Under the pieces are notes generated by a model. The model ran no database searches and was not told where the DNA came from. It saw only the letters and a list, made by a program, of their open reading frames with translations. Of a stretch of 64,000 nucleotides of DNA, positions 35,793 to 46,924 are shown piece after piece. Source of the DNA: Curvularia clavata (lineage: Eukaryota); the NCBI GenBank assembly GCA_023920165.1, contig CP089277.1, positions 3,100,001 through 3,164,000 on the forward strand, given 5' to 3'. The position numbers and the translations under genes were made by a program. Positions within the stretch are counted from its first letter, which is position 1, and each line of letters opens with the position of its first letter.

Positions 35793-38700
35793 ATGTTGTC
35801 CGACCCTGCCGCCGCCCTGCATTGGCCCCCCGACGTCGCTCGCTACAACTTCGAGGCTGTCCTCTTCTCCTCGTCCGGATGGCTCAGGACCGCCTGCGTT
35901 GTCTTGGCCCTCTTCTGGTACGCATCCAATGTCTCTTGAGCATACATGTATACACCTGTATACACATGTAGATACACATACCCACATATACATACACAAC
36001 CCCACATGCTTCCCCATAGCACACACGTCCATCTGTTGACCGCGCACCAGGGTCGCCTTCCGCGCCTACCAGGTCCTCACCCAGCCCGTTGAGAAACTGG
36101 TCCACGTCCTGGGCCTCGAAGTCCCCGTCGCACCCCTCGTTTCCCTCGCCGGCATCAAATCAGATGGGGTTCTCCTCCACTGGAAGCCCCCAGACCAGCG
36201 CGCTTCGGTCCTCAAGTATGTCATCCGCATCAATGGCATCGATATCGGCGACATCTCCCCCCACGAGTCGTCCATCACGATTGAAAACCTCCAACCCGAC
36301 CGCCACTACACCATCCGCATCGTCACCCTCAACTCGTCCAGCTTCCAGGCCCCCAGCATCCCCATCCGCTTCCGCACCCTCCCCGCAGACTCGGACGACT
36401 ACTACGCACCCCACCCGCAAAAGGACACTGCGCCCCCCTCCGACGACAATGACTACACCCCCACTCCCGTGATCCGCCCTAACAAGTCCCTCGCTGACGT
36501 CGTCACTTCGGTTGCTGCCCCTCCCATGGCCCGTGAACACAGCAATAGTACCTCGCGCTTGCGCCGCCCGGATGTTGGAAGGAGGAGCTCCCCTGCTTCG
36601 CAGGACCAGCAGAGGGCTGCTCAAGAGGCAGAAGGCCCAGATTCCATTCGCCAGCTGACCGAGAAACTGGACGGTCTCCGACGCGAGCTTGAAGACATGG
36701 AGCGCCAGATCCAGGACGAGGACCAGGAGTTTGTCTCCCAGAAAGCAATCCTCGCAGACAAGCGCGACGAGAAAAAGGCTGCGCTCAAGGAAAAGGAGGA
36801 CGCCAGCCGCGACTTGCGCAAGGAAGTGGCCAGTCTCGAGCGCCAGAATGCGGCCGCTCAGGCGAGGCGCGCCCACCAAGAGAAGCTATTTCGTCAGAAG
36901 GAGGCAGAGAGAAAGAAGCTCAAGGACGATGTCGCCAAGTGGACCCGTGAGACGGTCGAGTTTCGCGAGTATGCTGAAAAGATCAAACAGGAACAGGCCG
37001 AGTACCTAGTTGCCGCCGAAAAGCGTATTCAGGAACTCAAGGACAAGCATGCAGAGGAAACGCAAACCAACAAGCTACTCGAGGATGCCATTCGGGAAAA
37101 GGGGTCGCAGATTAAAGTTCTCGAAGAGGAGAGGAAGAAGCTCGAGGCCGGTCAGGAGGGCGGAGAAGCTCCAGATGGCCCCGATAACGCTGAGAGGGAA
37201 GAAGACAACCGCTGGAAGATGACGCTTGGCCTGCTCCAACAGCAATATGCCCAAGCCTGGAACCTTTTCGGAGAAGCGGAGAGAGCTCATCAAGACGCTG
37301 CCAGCAGACTGGCGTTCATGCAACAACGTCGTCTGAGCCAACCCCAGCTCTTCTCAGGACCACCGGTTCCAGACATGGGCCCAGGTCCAGTGCCGGTCAG
37401 GAGGAACAGTCAACGTGCCCGCCCGCTCAGCATGCGCGAAGGTGTTCTTTCTGCCGCCACAGGAGGCTTTGTCCACACCTCTTCAGCTCCCTTCAACAGT
37501 ATCCCAACGACTGCTTCCCCATCGTTCGCTAATGCAACCCCCTATTTCAACCCGGTAAATGGCATGGCCCTGCCCCCACGTACATACAGCACCTCTCTCT
37601 CCCAAGCCGACTTGGATGCCCTCACTGCCGGAGCGCCAATGAGCCCTACGGCTGGTGCTTTGCTCCCAGCTGGTTTGTTTGGAGACGACTTGGGTTTGAC
37701 AGATGATGAAGACGACGATCCAGGTCCACCCCAGGCGCCGCCTTCTCTCAACCCGTCACCACATATGAGAAATGTTTTACCCGGTCTTGGAGCCCCTGGC
37801 ACAATGCAGCCCACACAAAACTCAAGCTTACCAGCCTCACCACGAAGTCAATCACCTCCAGCTTTTACTAGCCCGCGGGCGAGCGCCGGCGATCTGCCAA
37901 CGCAACCCAACAACGACGCCAACGTGGACAATAGCGACCGGCGCTCCATCCATTCCACCTCGAGCTCCTTCCAAATGAATCCTCAAACCAGTCGGTTTGG
38001 TGGTCTCTTTGGACTCAACCGCGCGCGTGGCAAGACCTTTTCAGACGACGGCCCGGCCTTGGGATCCCTCAAGCCATCGCAAAGCCAATCTCTTCCTCGT
38101 CAAGAGCACGGAATAGATGGACTCGGCTTGCCACGTCGTCGAGGTAGTCTTTCCGAGGGTACCTGGTACGACGCATTCATACGCAATAAGACGCAGCCTG
38201 TCGAATCTTCGAGCAGTCCCAAACATGTGGCCACTCGCAAGCGGCCCTTCAATATGTTCGGTAGTGCCAAAGGCGACGATCCTTGGCTACGCTCCATGCT
38301 GGGTATGCACCAGCGGCCAGAGTCACCTCGTCAGGGCTCTACCAATTCTGGCGAAGGCACCGCGCTACCACGGCCTTCGACAGAAAGCCAGACGCGCTTT
38401 GGTTGGAATGTGGACGCATTTGGCGCCAGATCTAGCCCTCTCGGAGTCGATTGGAGCGTCAACAACACAAATTCCGCTTCATGGTCGCGGCTGGGATCTC
38501 GTCGGCCCTCGGTGCAGCAATCGTCCAATGCCAATCTGATTGGCGACGAGATGATGCACGACGATGTGCTTGACTTTCCGTCAAATATGCGATCTCCCAC
38601 CCAAGCCCCGATTGGCACTCGACCGCAGTCGTCTGCCTCGCACATGCCGGGCCAGCAGTCAACTTCGTCCCTTCCACCTATCCCGCCAACCCCACCCAAA

Positions 38701-39417
38701 CAGCTCAATCCAGCAGCAGCGAGTTTCACCATGTTCCAGCTAGGCAAGAAGACGGAGGAAGACAAGGCCGAGAAGGCCAAACGAGCTGCAGAGAAGGCGG
38801 CCGAAAAGGAGGCCAAGAAAGCCGAGAAGGCTGAGAAGAAGGAAGAGAAGGAGAAAAAGGCCAAGGCTGACAAGGCTGAAAAGGCATCACGCAAAGACAA
38901 GCACACGCCATCTGAAGCTGGCGATTCGCGGGAAGCCACCTCACCTCGCTTGGACTCCCGCATGTCCCGAGATGCTCCCTCCATTTCCACTGCAGACATG
39001 TCAGAGACGTCTCCACGCGAGTCACTCGAGCGCAGCATTTCCTACACTGCGTCAGATGCTGCAGGCTCAATCGGCAAAGAGTCGTTTATGCAGAAGCTCA
39101 CGCGAAAGGGCAGCACCAATCAATTTCTCACTTTTGGAAAGAAGAGCGGCCTCTTTTCCAAGAGCAAGGCTGGCGATGTTCCTGGGACTCCAGATGAAGT
39201 GGAGGAGGAAGGCTCTGGCGGCTTCTTTGGCTTGGGCAAGAGCACAGACAGTGTGGGCAACAGTCCCAGTATTGGCACCTCAAAGGACAAAGCGAGCATG
39301 TGGGGTTCAATCAAGCGCATCGGCAAGAAGGACAAGACGCCCAGCTTGCACGAGAGCATTGCTAGTGAGGCAACTGGCGACGAGGATGATGTGCCTGATG
39401 AGAGCCAGAAGGCGTAG
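35793..39417 (+). CDS. Fibronectin type III domain, coiled-coil membrane protein (conserved fungal, function unclear)
   Basis: Exon 1 with a TM segment (TACVVLALFW), intron 35918-36050, then an FN3-like segment (VLLHWKPP..KYVIRING..IENLQPDRHYTIRIVTLNS) in frame with ORF 36469..39417, which carries a long coiled coil and a disordered tail. Alternative ATG at 35679. Confidence 0.85.
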
Positions 39418-39665
39418 AAAGCTAGCAAGCGGAGTGTGTGACATTTTTATTGAAAGTAAAAGCTCTAATGCATTGGCGTTTATTATTGTTCAGAGATTCA
39501 TTGCGTATTGTGATTCACTCGTGTTCTACCATAGGCGTGACGTTCTTCCCCGGATTCTGGAACGATGCACGCCAAGCACCCGCCCGACTTCCGCAGCCTC
39601 ACGTCTACTCTCTAGGAACAACTAACCACCCAACGCGCAACCTTGTATCACGCACCACCGGCAAC

Positions 39666-40481
39666 ATGGCTTCGCCTGCTGCAGAAAACGCACCAAACGG
39701 AATCTCTACACCGCCCGCGACCGCAAATGCACCAACACTTAGTCCACCCACACAGCCACAGCCCGCATCGCAACCGTCGCAAGCATCTAATGGCGCGCCA
39801 ACCAACCCCACGACGAGCATGAGCGCCGCCTTCCCATCTACTTCGCTCCAAGACAATGGCACCACCAAGCGGCCGCGCGACGCGCGCCTGATTCATCTCA
39901 TCCTCGCCAACATGGGCGTACACGCCTACACCGAGCGCGTTCCCCTGCAACTCCTCGACTTTGCCTACCGCTACACGTCGTCGATCCTGACGGACGCGCT
40001 GTCCTACGAGCCGCCTCTGCCCACGACCTCTGCCTCGAAGAAACGCACCGGCGCAAATGCAGAGTCAGGCGAAGACGGCGTCTCACTGAATGCGCTGCGC
40101 ACAGCCGTCGGAGCGCGCGCCGCTAGCACTTTCCAAGGCACTTTGGGCAAGGAATTCATGAGCGAGGTGGCGCTCGAGCGGAACCGCATTGCGCTGCCCC
40201 GTGTCGACCGCGAATTCGGTATTCGCCTGCCGCCAGAGCGGTACTGCTTTACGGGTGTCGGGTGGGGTGTCAAGGGTGCGTGGGAAGAGGAGCTTGAAGA
40301 CACGAACGAGGATGTGGATATGGAGGATGAGGCTGGGCCGGGTGGATCAGGGTTTGGGGGGCCTGTAGGAGGGGTCAACGGGGAGGCGGGGGATACGGCG
40401 ATGGGCGGGATGGAGGACGAGGAGCAGGATGAGGATGAGTTTGAGGAGGCGATGGGGATTAACAGGGAGAATAACGGATGA
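39666..40481 (+). CDS. TAF9: TFIID/SAGA subunit 9 (histone fold)
   Basis: RPRDARLIHLILANMGV..Y.ERVPLQLLDFAYRYT..IL.DA and RNRIALP..GIRLPPERYC. Confidence 0.95.
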   Translation: MASPAAENAPNGISTPPATANAPTLSPPTQPQPASQPSQASNGAPTNPTTSMSAAFPSTSLQDNGTTKRPRDARLIHLILANMGVHAYTERVPLQLLDFAYRYTSSILTDALSYEPPLPTTSASKKRTGANAESGEDGVSLNALRTAVGARAASTFQGTLGKEFMSEVALERNRIALPRVDREFGIRLPPERYCFTGVGWGVKGAWEEELEDTNEDVDMEDEAGPGGSGFGGPVGGVNGEAGDTAMGGMEDEEQDEDEFEEAMGINRENNG

Positions 40482-40857
40482 TTATCCGCTTTCTCGCTCT
40501 CGTCTCTGGAGAGTAGAAAAGGAGATATTACGGAACTGAGCAAACAGTATTGGATTGGGCAAGTGTAAAAATAGGCGTTTTTGGGGGAGGTTCATAGCAT
40601 TTCTGGGCGTTGAACGGCCATTACTGGATATCATATACCAAGAGCTCTCAATCGGAGCTCCGTTGACACAATTCTTCTCCTTCTCCCAGAGAAGAGAAAT
40701 TCCTAGATAATCTTCGTTTTCCAAGTGTGATTTTACAATATGTTACAGATTGCGAGGCGTCTTCCTCTCTTTCTCTTTTCATGCATATCTCTCATCCACC
40801 TACCCGCAGAAACAAACGCCATTGCAATGCTCTCTCGCTCTCTGCCCGCCATCTTTT

Positions 40858-41423
40858 TCACGTCCCTCTATAAATTCCACCCCTCGTAACCCCCCTCTCA
40901 TCCACACGGTTCTCCTCGCGCCGTGCCAGCCCCGCTTCATTCACCACCTCTGCCCTCTTCCCCACCGTCCTACCATGCTCATCTAGATTCCACCATTCCT
41001 TGTGCTTATTCCGTGCTTCTTCTAGCTTACGTTGGTGCTCTTCTCTCGCCTGTTCATGTAGCGTTAGCATTCAATTCCCAATTCTTTCAACTCGGAAGCC
41101 AGATTGATAATCAAGAGATGATAAACGCTTACCTTCTTCCTTTCTCCCGCCAGCGCAAACCACTCCTGCCTCGCCTTATCCAGCTCCTCCTGGTTCTGAT
41201 ACTGCAGCATGCAGCTATTCATTGCGAGCCGCGACTCTCGGCAGGCATAGATCATGGTGAAGGTGCGGCCGAGGGCGCATGAAGCAAAAGTTTCGATTTC
41301 TTTGGCGCATTTGGCGCGCACGTTTTTGTAGTAGAGGTCTCGTACTTGTTGTTCTTGCGGCGCGGATAGGGGCGTAGGGTTGCTGGGTAAAGGGTTGCTC
41401 CCGACTATCATGCGGTCGGTCAT
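40858..41423 (-). CDS. Cmc1-like twin CX9C cytochrome c oxidase assembly protein (2 exons)
   Basis: CAKEIETFASC and CRESRLAMNSC are both CX9C. Intron 41050-41132 (GTAAGC..CTAAC..CAG). Confidence 0.85.
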
Positions 41424-41931
41424 CTTGTTTGGAGGGAGCGCGAGGCGCTGAGGAGGGGTGTGGTGGGCGTCTCGGGCGTTGCTGGAGAGGAATTGGTATG
41501 AGGGGCGTGTAGGAAAATGCGGGCGCTGGGGTTTTTGTTGATACGCGGTTTCCAATGGACACACAGTAGCAGCAACTACTCGTTCTGGTGGGTGTTGGAT
41601 TGGGACCTGGGCGTTGCGGACCTCCGGCGGTGGTCAGCCAGCAAATCGAATGATGGGAGGCCAGACTCAAGATTGATATGATTGGGAGCGGGCGTCTGAT
41701 TGGACTGGCAGATACGGAGCGCTCATGTCGGCGTTTGAGACGCTCTTGGTGCCGATGCGACCACCAGGATGAGCCGAGGCATACGCCAGTGCAGCTAGAC
41801 ATGGTTCACATGCTGCGGAGATTCTTATACATACATACACAAACGCAGTCCATAATTACTTGCCGGATACTACGACAACTGGGAGGACAATCTCATCTCT
41901 TCCTACATCTCACAAAACAACCACCCACACC

Positions 41932-42720
41932 ATGAAGATCGCCGACCGAACTTTCGTCATCAGCGGCGGCGTGTCAGGTCTCGGTCTCGCAACCGCACGC
42001 GCACTGCACCAACAAGGCGCCTACGTCTCCTTGCTCGACCTCAACGCCTCCAACGGCTCTAAAATCGTTGCCGAACTCGGCTCTCGCGCAAAGTTCTTTG
42101 AAACCGACGTCTCGGACACGCAAGCCATCACCGCAGCAGTCCAAGGCACAGTAGCATGGAGCAAAGAGACAGGAAAGCACATTGGGGGTGTGGTAGCCGG
42201 CGCAGGAGTAGGCATACCAGGCTTAATTATCGACAAGAAGAATGAGCCGCTGAGCATTGAGAGCATTGATTTCGTGCTGAATATCAATCTAAGAGGAACG
42301 CTGGATCTGATCCGTCAGACACTACCATACATGACTACTGCGCCTGCTGACGGCCCCGACAACTCACGAGGTGTGATTATCATGATCGCCTCGTCAGCTG
42401 CCTTTGACGGCCAAATGGGCCAAGTCGCCTACGCTGCCTCCAAAGGAGCCGTTGCTTCCCTCACCCTCCCCCTCGCACGCGATCTCTCAAAGTACGGTAT
42501 TCGAGCTGTGACCATCGCTCCCAGCATGTTTGATAGCGCCATGACGCGCATGATGAGCGACAAGGTTAGAAAGAGTCTGGAGAACAGCATGGAATTTCCA
42601 AAGAGGCCGGGTCAGCCAGAGGAGTTTGCAAGGCTCGTGGTAGAGTGCGTTGGGAATGATATGTTGAACGGTACCGTGTTGCGGTTGGATGGCGCCATGA
42701 GGATGCCGGCGAGACTATAG
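41932..42720 (+). CDS. Short-chain dehydrogenase, 3-hydroxyacyl-CoA dehydrogenase type 2 (HSD17B10-like)
   Basis: SGGVSGLG, ASSAAFDGQMGQVAYAASKG (YxxxK), LPLARDL and LNGTVLRLDGAMRM. Confidence 0.92.
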   Translation: MKIADRTFVISGGVSGLGLATARALHQQGAYVSLLDLNASNGSKIVAELGSRAKFFETDVSDTQAITAAVQGTVAWSKETGKHIGGVVAGAGVGIPGLIIDKKNEPLSIESIDFVLNINLRGTLDLIRQTLPYMTTAPADGPDNSRGVIIMIASSAAFDGQMGQVAYAASKGAVASLTLPLARDLSKYGIRAVTIAPSMFDSAMTRMMSDKVRKSLENSMEFPKRPGQPEEFARLVVECVGNDMLNGTVLRLDGAMRMPARL

Positions 42721-42762
42721 TTTTGAATTTTTTTTCTTTCTTTCCAAATCAACGCGTGGTTT

Positions 42763-43593
42763 TCAGCGCTTGCGCTCGCGGACCTTAAACTTGACACCGT
42801 TCTTGTTGACACCTCCTACTGTGTTGTTCATTTTTGCGCGCTGCAATTCCAATTCCTCCTCCGCTGCCATCAATTCCCGTTCGCGCTTCTTTAGGGCTTG
42901 CAGTTTTGAAGCACTTCTCTCCTGTGCACGCTCCCGGTCTTTGCGGAATTTCCTGGCTTCTCGTCGAGCTTGCTCCTCTGCCTCCATCTGCTTCTTGGAC
43001 AATGTCTTAGGTTGCTGTGTGACTTCCTCCTCGTCTTCGGACGAGTCCTCCTGGAGGTCGCCAAATGCAGGGGATTCCGCTCGTCTGGGTATTTGCTCGC
43101 CACGTCCAAACCACGCATCTGGATCGAATTCCTCCTGTTCCCTTTCATTCTCAACAAAGACCCGGTGTTTGCCCTGTCTTGCTCTATCACCATCTTTTAT
43201 GACCCGTACCTCGCCCTGCTCCTCCATTACCAGCTTCCTCTCTAATTCCTCTATCTCTTTCCGCGTCACCTGAAGCATGGTTCGTATGTACCCCGCGTCT
43301 TGCGTCTTGAGTAACTTCACCACGTCCACACTCAACGCCTTGTTGCCTCGATCCGCCAATCGTCTTCCCTGCTTGTCCACCTGGGTCGACATCATCTTGA
43401 ACGAGAACTCATCGGGATTACGATCACGAGCCTTCTGGCTCAGGATCTTGAGCTTGGCCTTCTTTTCTCGGTGGTCGGCGGCGCGCAGCTTGTAGTCTTT
43501 GCGCTTCTCGAGGAGACCCCATTTCTCGCGCTCCAGAGGTTGCGCGCGCTCTTTGTGGTTGCGCCGCTGGACGGCATTTCGCATGGACGACAT
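42763..43593 (-). CDS. UTP11: U3 snoRNP / SSU processome protein Utp11
   Basis: [51 protein letters not shown] and C-terminal FKVRERKR. Confidence 0.95.
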   Translation of the reverse strand: MSSMRNAVQRRNHKERAQPLEREKWGLLEKRKDYKLRAADHREKKAKLKILSQKARDRNPDEFSFKMMSTQVDKQGRRLADRGNKALSVDVVKLLKTQDAGYIRTMLQVTRKEIEELERKLVMEEQGEVRVIKDGDRARQGKHRVFVENEREQEEFDPDAWFGRGEQIPRRAESPAFGDLQEDSSEDEEEVTQQPKTLSKKQMEAEEQARREARKFRKDRERAQERSASKLQALKKRERELMAAEEELELQRAKMNNTVGGVNKNGVKFKVRERKR

Positions 43594-44878
43594 GTTGGTG
43601 CGGCGTAGAGGTCTGTGTTGGACGGGGCTAGTTGCGTTGGTAGAGTTGAAACTGCTGGAAATTATTCTAGATGCCAAGATTTTGACCCGCTGAAATGTTG
43701 CTCGGAGGTCCGTGCATGCTCCGCAACATGTCCGCATGCCCGCCCACCACGGCGTATTACTGAAGTTCACGTACTACCCACAACAGACATGCCACATCTA
43801 GACCTATGGCCGAAAAGTACACGATGCCTCCTGATCGCCTCGCTAGAACTGGGTCCAGCTTATATGCAAGAATTGGTTGCATAGCTATGCATACTTCACC
43901 CCTATGTCCAGCCTAGCGTAGAGACTTTCAATTTGCAAAACAAAACTCGTCAAAAGGTCTAACTATCTTCTTCGACGACGTCTGAAGAGTTTGTATTAGA
44001 GGTAGTTGTATCGAACGACTACTCAGTTCAAGCCGCAGATACAACTCAACTGTACGCTACAGGGGACCGAAGCTCCTTGCCGCACGAGATCTGGTTTCCT
44101 GGAAATGAGATCTCACGTCCATGAGAACTAAGAGGAAGGGGCATAGTATAGTGACATTTTCGGAGCAACACAGGGACCGTGATCGTACCAGACGTTTCAA
44201 TTCGGAGACGAGCCTGCAGAGTCTGACCGAGATGCCAAGCCATGTTAAATTGAAGCCAAGAAATCCTTGAGATCCCGCCGCAAATCTGGTATTGATCTGT
44301 GGTTGGTGGAGGTAGTCATTCAGACACGTTGAAAGCTGTTGAACTGAAGGATTTCGTGCTATCAAACGCATTCTTGGCTCTATGAACTTCTTCAAAAGAC
44401 GCATAATATCGTATTGTGCTTCGCTAATTCTTCCAGGGCTGGGTCGTCAGCTTAAATGGAAACATGCACTGGATTGCATAGCAAAGATTCATCCTGACTG
44501 CTCATTCTACAGGAACCACCGCACGTCTCTCTGCGCGATAAGCCAAGGCAAAAAAACGGTTCTCCACTATGCTTGCGGTGTCTTGGCTCGAGGAACCCAA
44601 GTCCACATGGCGGGATGCATCCACCCGCTGTAATTTCGCACATACCGCAAATTGCTTGCCTTGGGATCCACAGGCGTTCGCGAAGCGGGTGTACTGCTTA
44701 GAAGATCAGACATGTCCACATAAAGAGACCTGGAGTCCCAAGTTCTAGGTAACTGTCGATTTGCACTTTCATTCTTTTACTACCGACCTCGTGGTCAAGC
44801 CGGCAAGACCAGTCATTCGTTTTCGTACTTTGAACATTTTCTCGGGATCACTTTGCTCACAAAACGCCATCACTGAAT

Positions 44879-46008
44879 ATGATTTCTCGGGTTGTCCTCC
44901 TTTCGCTCGTCGCCAGCCTTACGGCCGCGCAGGTCCTCGACATTCCCACACGTGTTGGAGACATCATCTCTCTACCAGAACCTAGTGTCATCACGGGTGC
45001 CGTTGACTTCGGCAACAAGGAGTTTGACCGTGGCCAACCATGTGACTCTGATGAGGACACCGGCAGCGAGAACGCTGTCTTCGTTCTAGAGGATGGCGCG
45101 TCTATTTCCAACGTCATCATTGGTGCTGATTCGCTTGAGGGCGTTCACTGCTTGGGCTCCTGCACACTGACTAACGTCTGGTTCCGTGACGTTTGCGAGG
45201 ACGCCATCTCCATCCTCGGTCCTGGTGACGCACTCATTGTTGGTGGTGGAGCACGTGAGGCCATTGACAAGGTCGTCCAGCACAAGTATGTTCTCCGTAT
45301 CTAACATGAACTGGGACCTTACTGACTCGATATCAGCGCCGCTGGAACTGTAACAATCCGCGATTACACTGTTGTCAATGCTGGTAAACTCTACCGATCG
45401 TGCGGTGACTGCACCAACAACAGCAAGAAATCTCCCCGGAAGGTTATCGTCGAGAATGTCAAGGCTTTTGGATTGACTTCTGATCTGGTTGGCATCAACC
45501 CCAACTTTGGCGACAGCGCATCTATCAGCGGCTCCTGCGGACAGACCAAGACTGTCTGCAGCGAGTACCAGGGTGTCGATAAGGGCAACGGCAAGAGCCA
45601 GAAGCTTACAACCAAGGACAACTGCAACGGTACTCAGGGAAAACTTGAGAAGCTCCCAGAGTGCGGTGCAGCTGAAGCACCGACCACCACCATCCAACAG
45701 CCCACCAGCACCCCAATTGCCAATGCCACGCTGCCCGTCTTTACTTCCACCCTCATCACTAAGACCTCTGCTACACCAACCTCCACCCAGTAAGTTATTT
45801 AAAAATATTTTTTCACTATGTCCATGCCAGCTGACTGCATACCAGGGGTAGCGGTGACTATGGCAACGGAAACAACGGCGGCGACAACAGCGACAACAGC
45901 AGTGTCCCGTGGTTTGGACGTTGCGGTGGTGAGGGCCACAAGGGACCCACTACTTGTCGCTTTGGAAGCTGCGTCAAGTTCAACCGCTGGTTCTCCATGT
46001 GCCTTTAA
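44879..46008 (+). CDS. Secreted pectate lyase family PL3 with Thr-rich linker and C-terminal CBM1 (3 exons)
   Basis: Signal peptide, EGVHC.GSCTL.NVWF.DVCEDA, DKVVQH and GKLYRSCG. Introns at 45286-45337 and 45790-45845. The last exon encodes VPWFGRCGGEGHKGPTTCRFGSCVKFNRWFSMCL*. Confidence 0.9.
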
Positions 46009-46715
46009 GCTGTGTGTAGACGCATTATTGATGCAGTGTCCGTTGGATGAAGTGTGACAAGGCTTGGACATCGCTAAGGAAAACTCCTAGGTGATGCTTT
46101 CTCCTGAATATATTGTGTTCATTGTACATATTTACTTACCGAGCAATAAATCGAGCGTCTGCGACGCTTGTGACCTCATGTGGGCTCGAGATGTTTTTAC
46201 ACTGATTTTTAAGAAGTGATCTGATCCAAATGTCTTCAAGCGGTTAGAGATGCATGTATCGTCTGTCCTTGGAGCTGCATGTTTAGCCAATAGTGGTCCT
46301 CTTGCATACAGCCATCGGATTTTGCAATAACCGCCAATTCAGGTTTTGAAGTATCTCGACAATAGACTCGAAAAAAGTCTTGCTTGCAATCTTAGTTAAA
46401 ATTGATAGAAACTGTTGATTGTAGTTCTGAAAGAGCGAGTGGTTAAGATGACGTCGTCGCTTGGCCAACGTTACCCTTCTTCGAGCTACCCCGAGCCATT
46501 TCTATTCATTCACTAACTTTGTACAACCAGATCTTGGCCCGTACATCCGACCAAACCACGATCCATCCAGCGACGGAACAACTGCTCAATGCAGTAGCAT
46601 TCGCGGCTCGCTTGGCTATTCTGGCGTCCCCTCACCGTTGCGCGAGGCCTGAAGTCTTGGTTTTTCCGACACCCGACTCAACCATGTCGAAATGCAGCGG
46701 TAGCGCGACCCCAAA

Positions 46716-46897
46716 CCCCGGAGAAATGTGATGATCCCCTGCCGGAAGAAGTGCGGAGCCCCACAACATGTTCTCCAAGGTTCACATTGCTCAAGGCTCG
46801 GGCTATTAGACCCCGCAATTACTTGGCTTGTAAATCATTGGGGTACTTGGACCGGCTATATGAAGTCTAAGCCATAGGCGCCAGCAATGTTCTCCAC
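46716..46897. promoter_or_regulatory. Cluster of six SYGGRG (CreA/Cre1-type) motifs upstream of the GH43 gene
   Basis: Matches start at 46716(-), 46718(+), 46753(+), 46759(-), 46811(-) and 46892(-). Confidence 0.5.
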
Positions 46898-46924
46898 GCC
46901 AGTTCGCCTTGCTAAAACTTTGAA

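Noticed and set aside
36160..39625. Long antisense or alternative-frame ORFs (239, 235 and 217 aa) over the FN3 coiled-coil gene
   Set aside because: Shadow ORFs expected from GC-rich codon bias and low-complexity sequence.
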